Assembly: GCA_025340205.1 (NCBI GenBank)
Contig: CP006868.1
Span: forward strand, 1,260,001 to 1,292,000
Reading direction: 5' to 3'
DNA length: 32,000 nucleotides
Origin: Ignicoccus pacificus DSM 13166
Lineage (GTDB): Archaea > Thermoproteota > Thermoprotei_A > Sulfolobales > Ignicoccaceae
The translations under genes were made by a program, and so were the position numbers. Shown here in pieces: positions 8,521-16,485 of this stretch; the stretch's first letter is position 1; each line of letters begins with the position of its first letter. Below the pieces are notes generated by a model, which was given only the letters and a program-made list of their open reading frames with translations, ran no database searches and was not told where the DNA came from.

Positions 8521-9219
8521 TTGGTTCACCGAAAGAGGATCAGCGTTGCCGTCGACCTCGTCGGCGAGGCCTTGGAGGAGGAGTGGGACAGGGAGAGGCT
8601 GAAGAAGGAGCTGAGCAAGAGGTACGAGGCTGAAGGTCTTTCTCCTCTAAGAGGCTTGGCCCTCCCTCTGGATATTCTCGATAAAGAGCTCAGCACCCTC
8701 TACGTGGTCTCCAAATACGGACTAGGACTTGAAGAGGAGGTGGACCATCTCTTCGACTATGAAAAGAGGCTGGAGAAGGCCGCAGAGCTCCTACTGAAGG
8801 AGGGGGGAAAGGCGAGGAACGAGGTGAGGGAGCTCGTGGGTATCATCGACAGCAACACCCTCTCAAGGATATTCAGGGTGGTGTTCACCGCGGTGGTTCT
8901 GGGCTTCAGGCCGGAGGAGGACCTCATCAAGCTCCTTCACAAGGCGTTGGAAGCTTTTCCGGAGGAGGAGAGGACTGTAAAGAAGTACTCGAGGTTCTAC
9001 ATAGCCTTTAGAGTAGCTGAGGCCATAGCTAAGGGGGAAGTGACTAGCAAGCTTGACAAGGAGGCCTTGAAGCAGTCCTTGGCCCTAAGGATAGGCTTAC
9101 CAAAGATACTTCCGGACGACGAGTACATCTATACGATAGCCAAGGAGGTGTTCGGCGTAGACGAGGGCCTCCTCAGAAAGATATTGAAAGTTGAGAACGG
9201 GAAGAGGCACCACCATTAG
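8521..9219 (+). CDS. conserved hypothetical all-helical protein (possibly archaeal DUF2192-like)
   Basis: 232-aa ORF with coding-like K/E/L composition and no strong opposing ORF. It contains the segment KELSTLYVVSKYGLGLEEE, has a TTG start and ends in HHH. The family call is from recollection only. Confidence 0.5.
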   Translation: MVHRKRISVAVDLVGEALEEEWDRERLKKELSKRYEAEGLSPLRGLALPLDILDKELSTLYVVSKYGLGLEEEVDHLFDYEKRLEKAAELLLKEGGKARNEVRELVGIIDSNTLSRIFRVVFTAVVLGFRPEEDLIKLLHKALEAFPEEERTVKKYSRFYIAFRVAEAIAKGEVTSKLDKEALKQSLALRIGLPKILPDDEYIYTIAKEVFGVDEGLLRKILKVENGKRHHH

Positions 9220-9509
9220 TACTGCGCTTGCCGGTGACACCTGCTCTCCTCGTAGTTCATACAGTAAGAGAGCACGGCATATCTGACCTCGTTTTCAAGC
9301 TCTTTCCGGCTCCGGTATTGCTTGTGGTAGCCAGAGCTTTTGGCAGCGTCAAGCAACTTCCTCTCCAAGTCTCCCAAGTCTTTACCCTTACAGTTCTTGT
9401 GACATTCCTCCAAGCACCCTTCGAGAATCGAGTAATGGAAGCCTTGGGGACCGTACTGTAAACACTTCCTCAAGCAGTCCTCGCACGGATCCCCAAAGAA
9501 GAATATCAA
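9216..9509 (-). CDS. small cysteine-rich protein (8 Cys in 97 aa)
   Basis: TTG start preceded by GGTGAG (SD-like) about 7 nt upstream. The Cys pattern is C-x2-C-x3-C ... C-x3-C-x3-C ... C-x7-C (PCEDCLRKC, GCLEECHKNC, YCMNYEESRC). It overlaps the previous gene convergently by 4 nt. Confidence 0.5.
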   Translation of the reverse strand: MIFFFGDPCEDCLRKCLQYGPQGFHYSILEGCLEECHKNCKGKDLGDLERKLLDAAKSSGYHKQYRSRKELENEVRYAVLSYCMNYEESRCHRQAQY

Positions 9510-9626
9510 GGAAACTCACCGTATTATTATGTATAGTGAGTAAGATCTTAGATCTAAGCAGATAGAAATAATAGGGGCTAGAGGAAGGGAGAACCCCCTA
9601 TTTACATTCACCGCTTACCGGAGGCG

Positions 9627-10358
9627 GTGGACCTCATGCTGTGGATAGTCGACCTAGACGGGGTCGTGTGGAAGGGAAAAGAATACATATGGGAGAACGT
9701 GGAGGCCTTGAAGAGATTAGAAGGAGAAAAGGTGTTCCTAACTAACAAGGCAACTTCCAGATGGGAGATAAGGAGGAGGTTAGAGAAGGTCGGACTTGAA
9801 GGAGAGGTAGTCACCTCCGCTTACATAGCCGCTCAATACCTCAAGGAACGAGGGGTAGAGAGCGCCTTCGCATTAGGTCCCTTCGGGCTCTACGAGGAGC
9901 TCGCTTTAGCTGGGATTCATCCTACTGAGAACTCGGAGCTAGCCGAGGCCGTCGTGGTGGGCCTGGATCCCTTCTTCACTTACAGCAAGGTAGCTGAGGC
10001 CTCCAAGATAGTGAGGGACGGAAAGCTATTCGTCGCTACCAACGCCGACAAGGTGTATCCTACGGAAAGGGGGCCTATGCCGGGAGCCGGGAGCTTGGTG
10101 GAAGCGATAAGGGCTGCCAGCGGAAAGGATCCAGTAGTCGTGGGGAAGCCGAGCAAGATAGCGTTCAAAGTTGCCTCCAAGGGAAGGAGGGACGTTATTG
10201 TAATAGGCGACAAGATGGAAACTGACATGAAAATGGCTATCGAAAACGGGGTTAGGGGAGTCCTAGTATTGACGGGAGTTACCTCTTCTCCTCCCTCAAG
10301 GACTTCCGAAAACATAAGAGTAGTGGGGAGCTTACGCGAGCTTTTAGATAGCTCTTGA
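9627..10358 (+). CDS. HAD-superfamily hydrolase, subfamily IIA (NagD / sugar-phosphatase-like)
   Basis: Motif I is IVDLDGVVW, motif II FLTNKAT, motif III VVGKPS and motif IV VIGDKMETDM. The cap region is of type IIA length. An alternative ATG start lies at 9636. Confidence 0.85.
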   Translation: MDLMLWIVDLDGVVWKGKEYIWENVEALKRLEGEKVFLTNKATSRWEIRRRLEKVGLEGEVVTSAYIAAQYLKERGVESAFALGPFGLYEELALAGIHPTENSELAEAVVVGLDPFFTYSKVAEASKIVRDGKLFVATNADKVYPTERGPMPGAGSLVEAIRAASGKDPVVVGKPSKIAFKVASKGRRDVIVIGDKMETDMKMAIENGVRGVLVLTGVTSSPPSRTSENIRVVGSLRELLDSS

Positions 10359-11409
10359 GCTCTTCAGGAGCCATGAAGGGGTTCTTGAGAGCCCTCAGCG
10401 GGAGCACCGAGAAGTTACGATGAAGCTCGTTGTACACCTCAGAGAGCATCAGAGCCATGTTGTAGTATGCCTCTATCCACAGAGCTATGATGAAGATCAT
10501 CTGAGTGACGTAGCCTGGCAGGAGCAACGGTATTCTCTTGAACTGTATGGAGATCACGTAGGAAATAGCAATAGTGCTTATTGAGTATAGCAAGATAAAC
10601 ATGAACATTCTTCTTAGAAATGCACATATCCTCTTCATCACGTACTCATCGAAGCTTCTTAATGCGTATATCAGCTTGTTTATTCTAGCAAGATAGGTAG
10701 AGGTTAAGGAGGAGGTCGTCCTCTTGAGCTCTTCAGCGTACACCATTCCAGTGAGGGCTATGTAAACCAAGGGTACCAAAAGGGCGCTCCAGTACGTGAA
10801 CATTATTGGCGCGCATATGCCGAACTCCAAGATCAGGTAGGGTATCTTCTTGGTAAGAGGTGCGTTCCAGCTGGTAAGGGCGATGTGCATGGTACTTGTA
10901 GGGTATACGAGGGAAGGGACGATGGCAAGCGAAAAATAGGTCAAAAGCGCTATGATCGTCATCATCCACGAATATTCAAACCACACGTTCACTCTCGGTG
11001 TTTTTAAAAGCATCTCTTTGATGAAAGTAACCAGCGTATGTTCCAGTGACCTATACTCCCCGTTGCGCTTTATGAGGGCGCTGAAGGGAGGCCCTAACAG
11101 CAATATTCCTATGAATACCACTAGCACCACTCCTAGGTTGGTTAGCCATCTAGACAGATCGCCCAGAACTATGTAGTCCCTTATCATTGTGAAGACATAG
11201 AAGAGCGGCAACAGCAAATAGGCCCTTAGAGCGACCCCCCTTATCTTAGGGGAACCCTCGGTGAAGAAGTCCACCATGCTATCCGCGATGGTCGCTAGGA
11301 CTCTCTTCAGTAAGTTGGAATGGGGGAGCACCGGATCGGCACGGTCACCGCGGGCGCTGCGGCCCCCTCGCCGTGCCAGATCCCGGTACCGTGCTATCAA
11401 CTTCCTCAC
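10279..11409 (-). CDS. uncharacterised polytopic membrane protein (about 7-8 TM) with Arg-rich N-terminus
   Basis: 376-aa ORF whose start lies 4 nt after the stop of the Cas6-like gene. It has repeated long hydrophobic segments (LLLPLFYVFTMI, VVLVVFIGILLLG, MMTIIALLTYFSLAIV, ILEFGICAPIMFTYWSALLVPLVYIAL, MFMFILLYSISTIAISYVI, MIFIIALWIE). I recognise no family motif. Confidence 0.65.
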   Translation of the reverse strand: MRKLIARYRDLARRGGRSARGDRADPVLPHSNLLKRVLATIADSMVDFFTEGSPKIRGVALRAYLLLPLFYVFTMIRDYIVLGDLSRWLTNLGVVLVVFIGILLLGPPFSALIKRNGEYRSLEHTLVTFIKEMLLKTPRVNVWFEYSWMMTIIALLTYFSLAIVPSLVYPTSTMHIALTSWNAPLTKKIPYLILEFGICAPIMFTYWSALLVPLVYIALTGMVYAEELKRTTSSLTSTYLARINKLIYALRSFDEYVMKRICAFLRRMFMFILLYSISTIAISYVISIQFKRIPLLLPGYVTQMIFIIALWIEAYYNMALMLSEVYNELHRNFSVLPLRALKNPFMAPEELKSYLKARVSSPLLLCFRKSLREEKR

Positions 11410-11413
11410 CCCT

Positions 11414-12178
11414 TTAAGGCTCCCACGGCTCCACCGGAGCTTCGAAGGGAGGCTCCGCCAGCTTCACCTCCTCCACGTGACCGAAGCCCACTCCGGGGGA
11501 GGACCCCACTCCTAGGTAAGGCAAGTACTTGAGAGCCCACTTGAGGAGGTCCGCTAGGTTTGTTGGGAGGATTCCGTAGTACTTTATCGTTCCGCTGAAG
11601 GCAGGAACCTCCTCGTCGAAGTGTATCCTGTATCTCGCGAATGAGGGCCTTCCCCCTATCGCTTCTATAGCAGTCGCGATGAGCGATGCCTCGTTACTGA
11701 AGGAACTGTTGGTAGCCTCGCTCAACCTCCTGAAGAGGGAGTAGATCATCCTTGAGGGGCTTGGTAAGGGAACCCACGCCCCGTGGAAGCGGTAGTACGT
11801 CGGAAGGTGCTTGACTGCGAAGAACACAGCTTTCGGTTCCTCTGAGCTCCTAACTTCCGGTTCCTCTATCTCCACCTCTTTCACCTCGAGGCTTCTGGGA
11901 GCCACGTACTCTAGCGCACCAATTCCTTGAACTAAGGCCGCTACCTCCTCTTCAGCTCCCTCCCCCCAGAAGTAGGCGTTGAACTTGACCACGTCGCCCG
12001 GCTTTAGGGCGCCCTTGAACTTCTCGGGAGGGCTGACCCTTATGGAACTCGTGGGCTCCAATCCGGAGGCCTTCAAGGAATCGTAGACCACCTTTCCTGA
12101 GAAGACCCCTTTCCAAGCCCTCCACTTGATCGGCTTAGTAGCTACTACGTCTACTGACACTACGAAGACATGACTCAA
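11414..12178 (-). CDS. cas6: Cas6-like RAMP protein (putative CRISPR-type endoribonuclease homolog), orphan
   Basis: 254 aa. The C-terminal glycine-rich loop LGVGSSPGVGFGHV fits the Cas6/RAMP signature G-h-G-x5-G-[FY]-G and lies about 25 aa from the C-terminus. The mid-protein segment FAVKHLPTYYRFHGAWVPLPSPSRMIYSLFRRL resembles the Cas6 block TPT..r..g...lP.P..vf.sL..rw. Size fits two ferredoxin-like folds. TTG start. Confidence 0.55.
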   Translation of the reverse strand: MSHVFVVSVDVVATKPIKWRAWKGVFSGKVVYDSLKASGLEPTSSIRVSPPEKFKGALKPGDVVKFNAYFWGEGAEEEVAALVQGIGALEYVAPRSLEVKEVEIEEPEVRSSEEPKAVFFAVKHLPTYYRFHGAWVPLPSPSRMIYSLFRRLSEATNSSFSNEASLIATAIEAIGGRPSFARYRIHFDEEVPAFSGTIKYYGILPTNLADLLKWALKYLPYLGVGSSPGVGFGHVEEVKLAEPPFEAPVEPWEP

Positions 12179-12221
12179 AGAGTACGACCGGCATAGGTGT
12201 GGAAAGCGAGGTAGAAAAATG

Positions 12222-12896
12222 TTACTGACTCACTAGCTTGGTGTTGATCTGAACGATGTCCTCGCTTATGGTGTTTCCTCTTACCGTCTTTCTCCTCCTC
12301 TCTCCCTTCTCACGAGGGTGGAAGCCCGGAGGGCCGCTGAGGAGGGCCTTCTTCTTGACTGGTCCGGGTATGTCGGGCCTCATGGGGAAGCCGCTGTCGT
12401 CGCTTCCTCCGGTAATCATTAGGAACTTGCCCTTGAGGGTCTTTATTCCGAGCACTCCGGCGGGGACCTTGTCCTTTATCCTCTTTCCTAGGAATACCCT
12501 GGCGTCGTTTCCAGTGACGGTTATTTGGAAAGCCTTGGTCCTAAAGGCATCTGCCTCGAACTCGGTCTCGTTGAACCTAGCGTTTAGGAACTCAGAGCTG
12601 GCCCAGACCTCGTTCTCGGGGACGTTCTCGTCGGCCTCGGCGAAGAAGTGAGCGGTTACCTTCTTCCTCTTACCTTCCTCGTTCTTGTATACCCTTATCG
12701 TTATGATGTTATAGTCCGCCTTGACCGCCTCCAGCAGCTTAGGGTTGACCCTAGCCACCGGGAGGCGGGTTCCTCGGTCAAGCTCTGCCTCCTTGTCGAA
12801 GGGAATATCGTCCTTTCCGACCACCTTCACCTTAACCCCACGAGGCTTCGGCTCAGCCTCGGGGTCGTTCACCACCACCTTGAACTCCAGAGCCAT
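12222..12896 (-). CDS. rps6e: 30S ribosomal protein S6e
   Basis: The C-terminal block ITGGSDDSGFPMRPDIPGPVKKKALLSGPPGFHPREKGERRRKTVRGNTISEDIVQINTKLV is the S6e signature. It is a long crenarchaeal-type form (224 aa) with an ATG start. Confidence 0.92.
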   Translation of the reverse strand: MALEFKVVVNDPEAEPKPRGVKVKVVGKDDIPFDKEAELDRGTRLPVARVNPKLLEAVKADYNIITIRVYKNEEGKRKKVTAHFFAEADENVPENEVWASSEFLNARFNETEFEADAFRTKAFQITVTGNDARVFLGKRIKDKVPAGVLGIKTLKGKFLMITGGSDDSGFPMRPDIPGPVKKKALLSGPPGFHPREKGERRRKTVRGNTISEDIVQINTKLVSQ

Positions 12897-12928
12897 GGCT
12901 CTTACCAGGGGAGCTGAGGCCTAGAGAG

Positions 12929-12936
12929 ATATAAAA
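12929..12936 (-). promoter_or_regulatory. TATA-box-like element upstream of rps6e
   Basis: The minus strand reads TTTTATAT, 33-40 nt upstream of the rps6e ATG (12896). This matches the usual archaeal TATA-to-start spacing for short-leader transcripts. Confidence 0.35.
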
Positions 12937-13027
12937 GGGATCTTCTTTATTATAGAAAGATACTCTCTACCTCAGAAGACTCCTATAGCTTTTACTCGAC
13001 TCACTTATCTTCTCTAAGGTTCTAACG

Positions 13028-14374
13028 ATGGAAAGTATCGTGCTGAGGTCTGAAAACCGAACGGTCAAGCTCGGGCGGGTCACGGTCATAACGGGTAAGA
13101 GGAGAAAAGAAGCTCTCTTGAGCCTTTACTCATCCTTGGCTTTCTTGGACAAAGACGTGCTTACTAAGCTTATGAAGAACGTGCTTAGGGAGAGCTCGAG
13201 CTTGAGCAAGCTCTGTGAGAGGGCTTTGGACGCAATGGAGGTAAGAGAGGGTCCTTTATCGATGATCAGGAGCAAGAGAATCGATGCTTCTGAGAGATAC
13301 TTGAACTTGATAGCAACTATCTTAATTGCAAAGTCGCTAAACAAGGGAATAGATAAGGAGGAGGTAAACGAGCTGGTAATGGAGATGCTTAAGGACGAGG
13401 CTGAGGTGCTCGAGGAGGGGGAAAGCGTTAGAATAGAGTTCAAGAGGATACCTCCCCTTCCATTGGATCTTCTCAACGCGACCCTCTTAGAAGTCCTCGT
13501 AAAATCTTTCAACAAACTGGTAGCCTTGAGTACCTCCACAGAGCCCTTACTGGAATCATTAGATATAGGCAAAGACGATATTGAGGAAGCTATGAAAGAA
13601 TCATTTAAGGACTTCGAGCTCTCAAGGGTCTTCGAGTTACCGGTAACCGTTAACTTTGATGGAGCTTTGTATATAAAGTCATTCTTGAAGAAGATAGGCG
13701 AAGAGGGAGACTTGAAGAACCTCTCTAGCGTTAGCATAGGCTTCGCCTTTACAATAAAAGGTCTCAAAAATAACTTGATATTGATAATAAGACCATACGT
13801 TAGAGTGAAGGACCTAGGAGGAGGGCCGGTGAGCTTGAGGGCACTGTACGAGAAGATAGCGACGGAAGGGAGGGACTTGGTAAGAGAGTTCGTAGTGAAG
13901 CTCTTCTTCAGACCTGAGTACGGCGATTATTTGAGGAAGATTATTGAAGAAGCGACGCTGAAGCTAATGAGTGCCTCTTTGGAGAACGTATGCAAGAAGA
14001 GATATGGAATAGGAAACGTTAAGTACATGCCATCCGGAAGGGAGTCCCTCATGAAGGTTTTGAGGCATTGTGCGGATGACGAGGTATGGAGGGCTGGAGC
14101 GCACTTCCTCAGCTTCTCCTCTTTAGTAAAGCTGAACTTATGCACGCTTGAGAAGGTTCCCGAGTTCAAGAGCCTCGATCACTACCTAATCTTCATCGAA
14201 GACGTGGAGGAGGGACTAAGTCCGGAAGAACAAAGGGAAGTTTTCGATAAGCTCGTAGAGGGAAACGTGAAGGTAGTAGTGAGCACTGTAAGTCCGTTCA
14301 TAATAGAGGAAGCTCAGAGACTCAGGGACAAGGGAGTAATGCTCTATGACGCCGAGGAGCTCTTGGATAACTGA
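13028..14374 (+). CDS. ABC/SMC-like (AAA_21/AAA_15-type) ATPase homolog with degenerate nucleotide-binding motifs
   Basis: The N-terminus KLGRVTVITGKRRKEALLSL occupies the Walker A position but lacks GxxGxGK[ST]. YMPSGRESLMKVL is signature-like. HYLIFIEDVEEGLSPEEQ is Walker B plus D-loop. VVVSTVSPFII occupies the H-loop position, with the usual THSP His replaced by Val. A long helical insert lies between the two halves. Confidence 0.55.
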   Translation: MESIVLRSENRTVKLGRVTVITGKRRKEALLSLYSSLAFLDKDVLTKLMKNVLRESSSLSKLCERALDAMEVREGPLSMIRSKRIDASERYLNLIATILIAKSLNKGIDKEEVNELVMEMLKDEAEVLEEGESVRIEFKRIPPLPLDLLNATLLEVLVKSFNKLVALSTSTEPLLESLDIGKDDIEEAMKESFKDFELSRVFELPVTVNFDGALYIKSFLKKIGEEGDLKNLSSVSIGFAFTIKGLKNNLILIIRPYVRVKDLGGGPVSLRALYEKIATEGRDLVREFVVKLFFRPEYGDYLRKIIEEATLKLMSASLENVCKKRYGIGNVKYMPSGRESLMKVLRHCADDEVWRAGAHFLSFSSLVKLNLCTLEKVPEFKSLDHYLIFIEDVEEGLSPEEQREVFDKLVEGNVKVVVSTVSPFIIEEAQRLRDKGVMLYDAEELLDN

Positions 14375-14378
14375 AACC

Positions 14379-15467
14379 TCAAGAGCTTCTTAACGATTTG
14401 TAGAGCCATATAAACGTAAAGAACGCTACTACGCTGGTTACTATAGAAGAGGTAAGAGCCAGCGAGTAGTTGTTGCCGCTTATAGCTCCCACCAAGGGTA
14501 CCACAGTGAGATTAGCTATGTCCCATCCGACGGTGAAGAACCCAAAGGACTTGCTCTTCTGCTTCTCCCTCCCAGCGGTCGAGAGCACCGTGGGGCTGGT
14601 TATGCCCCATGCCATGCCTATTAGGAAGCCAGTCAGCGATGAGAACGAGATGTTCAGCGCCTTTATCGAAAGGGAGGAGGCTAGGACCGCCAAGAGCGGA
14701 GGGATTACTATAGCTACTGAGGCCTTGTCCGCTAATATTCCGGCTGGAACCCTCACTATTCCGCTGCCTATGGCCCTGGCGGAGAAGAAGGCGGAGGTCA
14801 CCTCGTGGGGTATTCCCTTCGACGCTTGATAGGGAGGCAGATAAGTTGATATTATTAAGAATGAGCTGGCCATAAAGAAGCTGGAGAAGAAGGCGGCGAG
14901 CCACCTCTTGGAGACCTTGAACTCCCCTTCTCCGTGAACTCTAACTCCCTTAGCGCTGTTGGCTAATGCTATCATTATCAAGGAGACAAGTGACGCGGAG
15001 AGGAGCACTCCGGGAAGCTTGAAGTAGGAGTAGAGGATCACACCTAGCATGGGTCCCAAGGTTCCAGCTATGGAGAGAGCGGTACCCCTAATCCCGTAGT
15101 GGAAGCCTAGCCTGGAGGGCTCGGCGAGCTCGGCTACTATTACCAAAGTTGAAATTAGAACTATTGAAAACGCTAAGTTGTTGAGTATTTCATATAGAAC
15201 GTAGCCTCCGAGGCCCAGCAAGGGGAGGAGGTAGGAGAGGGCGAACAGCATAGCCCCTAACGCTATTAGCTTGGAGGAGTCCGATGAGAGTTTGCTCACT
15301 CCAAACACCTTATAGAGGACAGCAGCTACTGAGCCCAAGGCAACGGCAAATCCTATGAGGGCTCCTCCGAAGCCTTCAGCGTACCTTAGAACGTACGGTC
15401 TGGCCATCGTATAGGACAGGAAGGCGAAGAACATCACCGCGTGGGACGCTAGGACCTCTCTCCTCAT
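14379..15467 (-). CDS. MFS transporter
   Basis: 362 aa with about 10-12 TM helices in two halves. The composition is Gly/Ala/Ser/Leu-rich, typical of the major facilitator superfamily. Confidence 0.75.
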   Translation of the reverse strand: MRREVLASHAVMFFAFLSYTMARPYVLRYAEGFGGALIGFAVALGSVAAVLYKVFGVSKLSSDSSKLIALGAMLFALSYLLPLLGLGGYVLYEILNNLAFSIVLISTLVIVAELAEPSRLGFHYGIRGTALSIAGTLGPMLGVILYSYFKLPGVLLSASLVSLIMIALANSAKGVRVHGEGEFKVSKRWLAAFFSSFFMASSFLIISTYLPPYQASKGIPHEVTSAFFSARAIGSGIVRVPAGILADKASVAIVIPPLLAVLASSLSIKALNISFSSLTGFLIGMAWGITSPTVLSTAGREKQKSKSFGFFTVGWDIANLTVVPLVGAISGNNYSLALTSSIVTSVVAFFTFIWLYKSLRSS

Positions 15468-15558
15468 CCCTCGATACCGCCGAGGGAAGGAGGACGAAGC
15501 TAATAGGGGCCTCGGAGCGCGAAAATGTCGCTCACCCTTCGCTAAAGGGCCCAGCTCC

Positions 15559-16485
15559 TCATCGGCTGATCATATCCCTTACCCTTCTCACGTCCTCCTC
15601 CAACTGCTTCAGCGATACTGCTTCTACCCCATCGTTGGTGGCGTGGTATATTTCCATAAGTCTTTCAATGGGCGTTCCGAAGACCTTCAGATCCCTCCTT
15701 ATCCTCGAATAGGCCTCTATGTACTCTTTATCCTTGATAAAGTTAGTATCCTTGTATCCTATGCAATCTACCACGATCACTTCCTCTGCGTTGTTTATCT
15801 GTTCATCGAAGCTCTCCTTAGCTGTTATCATCGAATATTCCCAGTAGTTTGGCCAGAGGCTTATTTCCGAGAACCCCAAGAAGAGTACTACGTCCTCTTT
15901 TATTATGCCCTCCTTGAGTAAGGAGAGGAACAAGGCAACGCTGAGGCCGTTGTCGATTACTCCCTTCCAGAGGGCATCGTAGTGTACGACGAAGATCTTC
16001 TTGGGGTTCTCCACGTTGCCCGCTAGGAAGTGCTTTCCTGCCCTACAGACCCTCCTCACCTTCAAGAAGCCCTTAATCTCCCCGTTCTTCAGTATCCTCT
16101 CCGCTCCTTCTCTTGAGACGCTTAGGGAGGGGCCCCAGTAGAAGACAGGGGTGGAAATGTCGGTAGGGGAGAGGAGCTTGGAGTTGAAGTTGACGTTAGG
16201 TAAGCTGTAATTAGTCTCCAGATCGCTGGAATCCTTGAGGTTCAGCTCTATCTCCCCTCCTTCGAAGCCCGATGGAAGCGAGGGTATCCTCTCCCCCTTG
16301 CTCTCAAGCCCCCATTCGATCCATTCAGGAACCAGTACTGGAAACAGGGCAGTCACAAAGGTTATATCATTAGTACTTAGGAATTCTTGTATCTTTCTTG
16401 CTAAATCCAAGGTCTTCTGGAGGTAGTCTGTTCTGAAGGTGTCGTATCCCAGCTCCCTTACTAAGTTTAGCAGTTCCCTTATCAT
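15559..16485 (-). CDS. divergent M28-like (aminopeptidase fold) protein, possibly catalytically altered
   Basis: FVVHYDALWKGVIDNGLSVALFL matches the M28 block H-x-D...(G)xDNxSG. FLGFSEISLW aligns with F..f.aEE.GL.GS, but with EI instead of EE. VIVVDCIGY matches the n.D..G block, and there is a late His (YHATNDG). Confidence 0.45.
   Translation of the reverse strand: MIRELLNLVRELGYDTFRTDYLQKTLDLARKIQEFLSTNDITFVTALFPVLVPEWIEWGLESKGERIPSLPSGFEGGEIELNLKDSSDLETNYSLPNVNFNSKLLSPTDISTPVFYWGPSLSVSREGAERILKNGEIKGFLKVRRVCRAGKHFLAGNVENPKKIFVVHYDALWKGVIDNGLSVALFLSLLKEGIIKEDVVLFLGFSEISLWPNYWEYSMITAKESFDEQINNAEEVIVVDCIGYKDTNFIKDKEYIEAYSRIRRDLKVFGTPIERLMEIYHATNDGVEAVSLKQLEEDVRRVRDMISR

Noticed and set aside
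12256-12924. Plus-strand ORFs (12256..12651, 12648..12917, 12721..12924) opposite rps6e.
   Set aside because: rps6e on the minus strand is unambiguous, so these are shadow ORFs.
13126-13767. A 213-aa antisense ORF inside the ATPase-like gene.
   Set aside because: It is an extremely Ser/Leu/Ile-rich shadow of a K/E-rich coding strand, with no start context. The plus-strand ORF is longer and carries motifs. The same applies to 13927..14169.
14470-14904. ORFs on both strands (14470..14829 plus, 14512..14904 minus, other frame) inside the MFS transporter gene.
   Set aside because: The MFS frame gives continuous TM helices, whereas the others give R/G/P-rich or mixed sequences without motifs.
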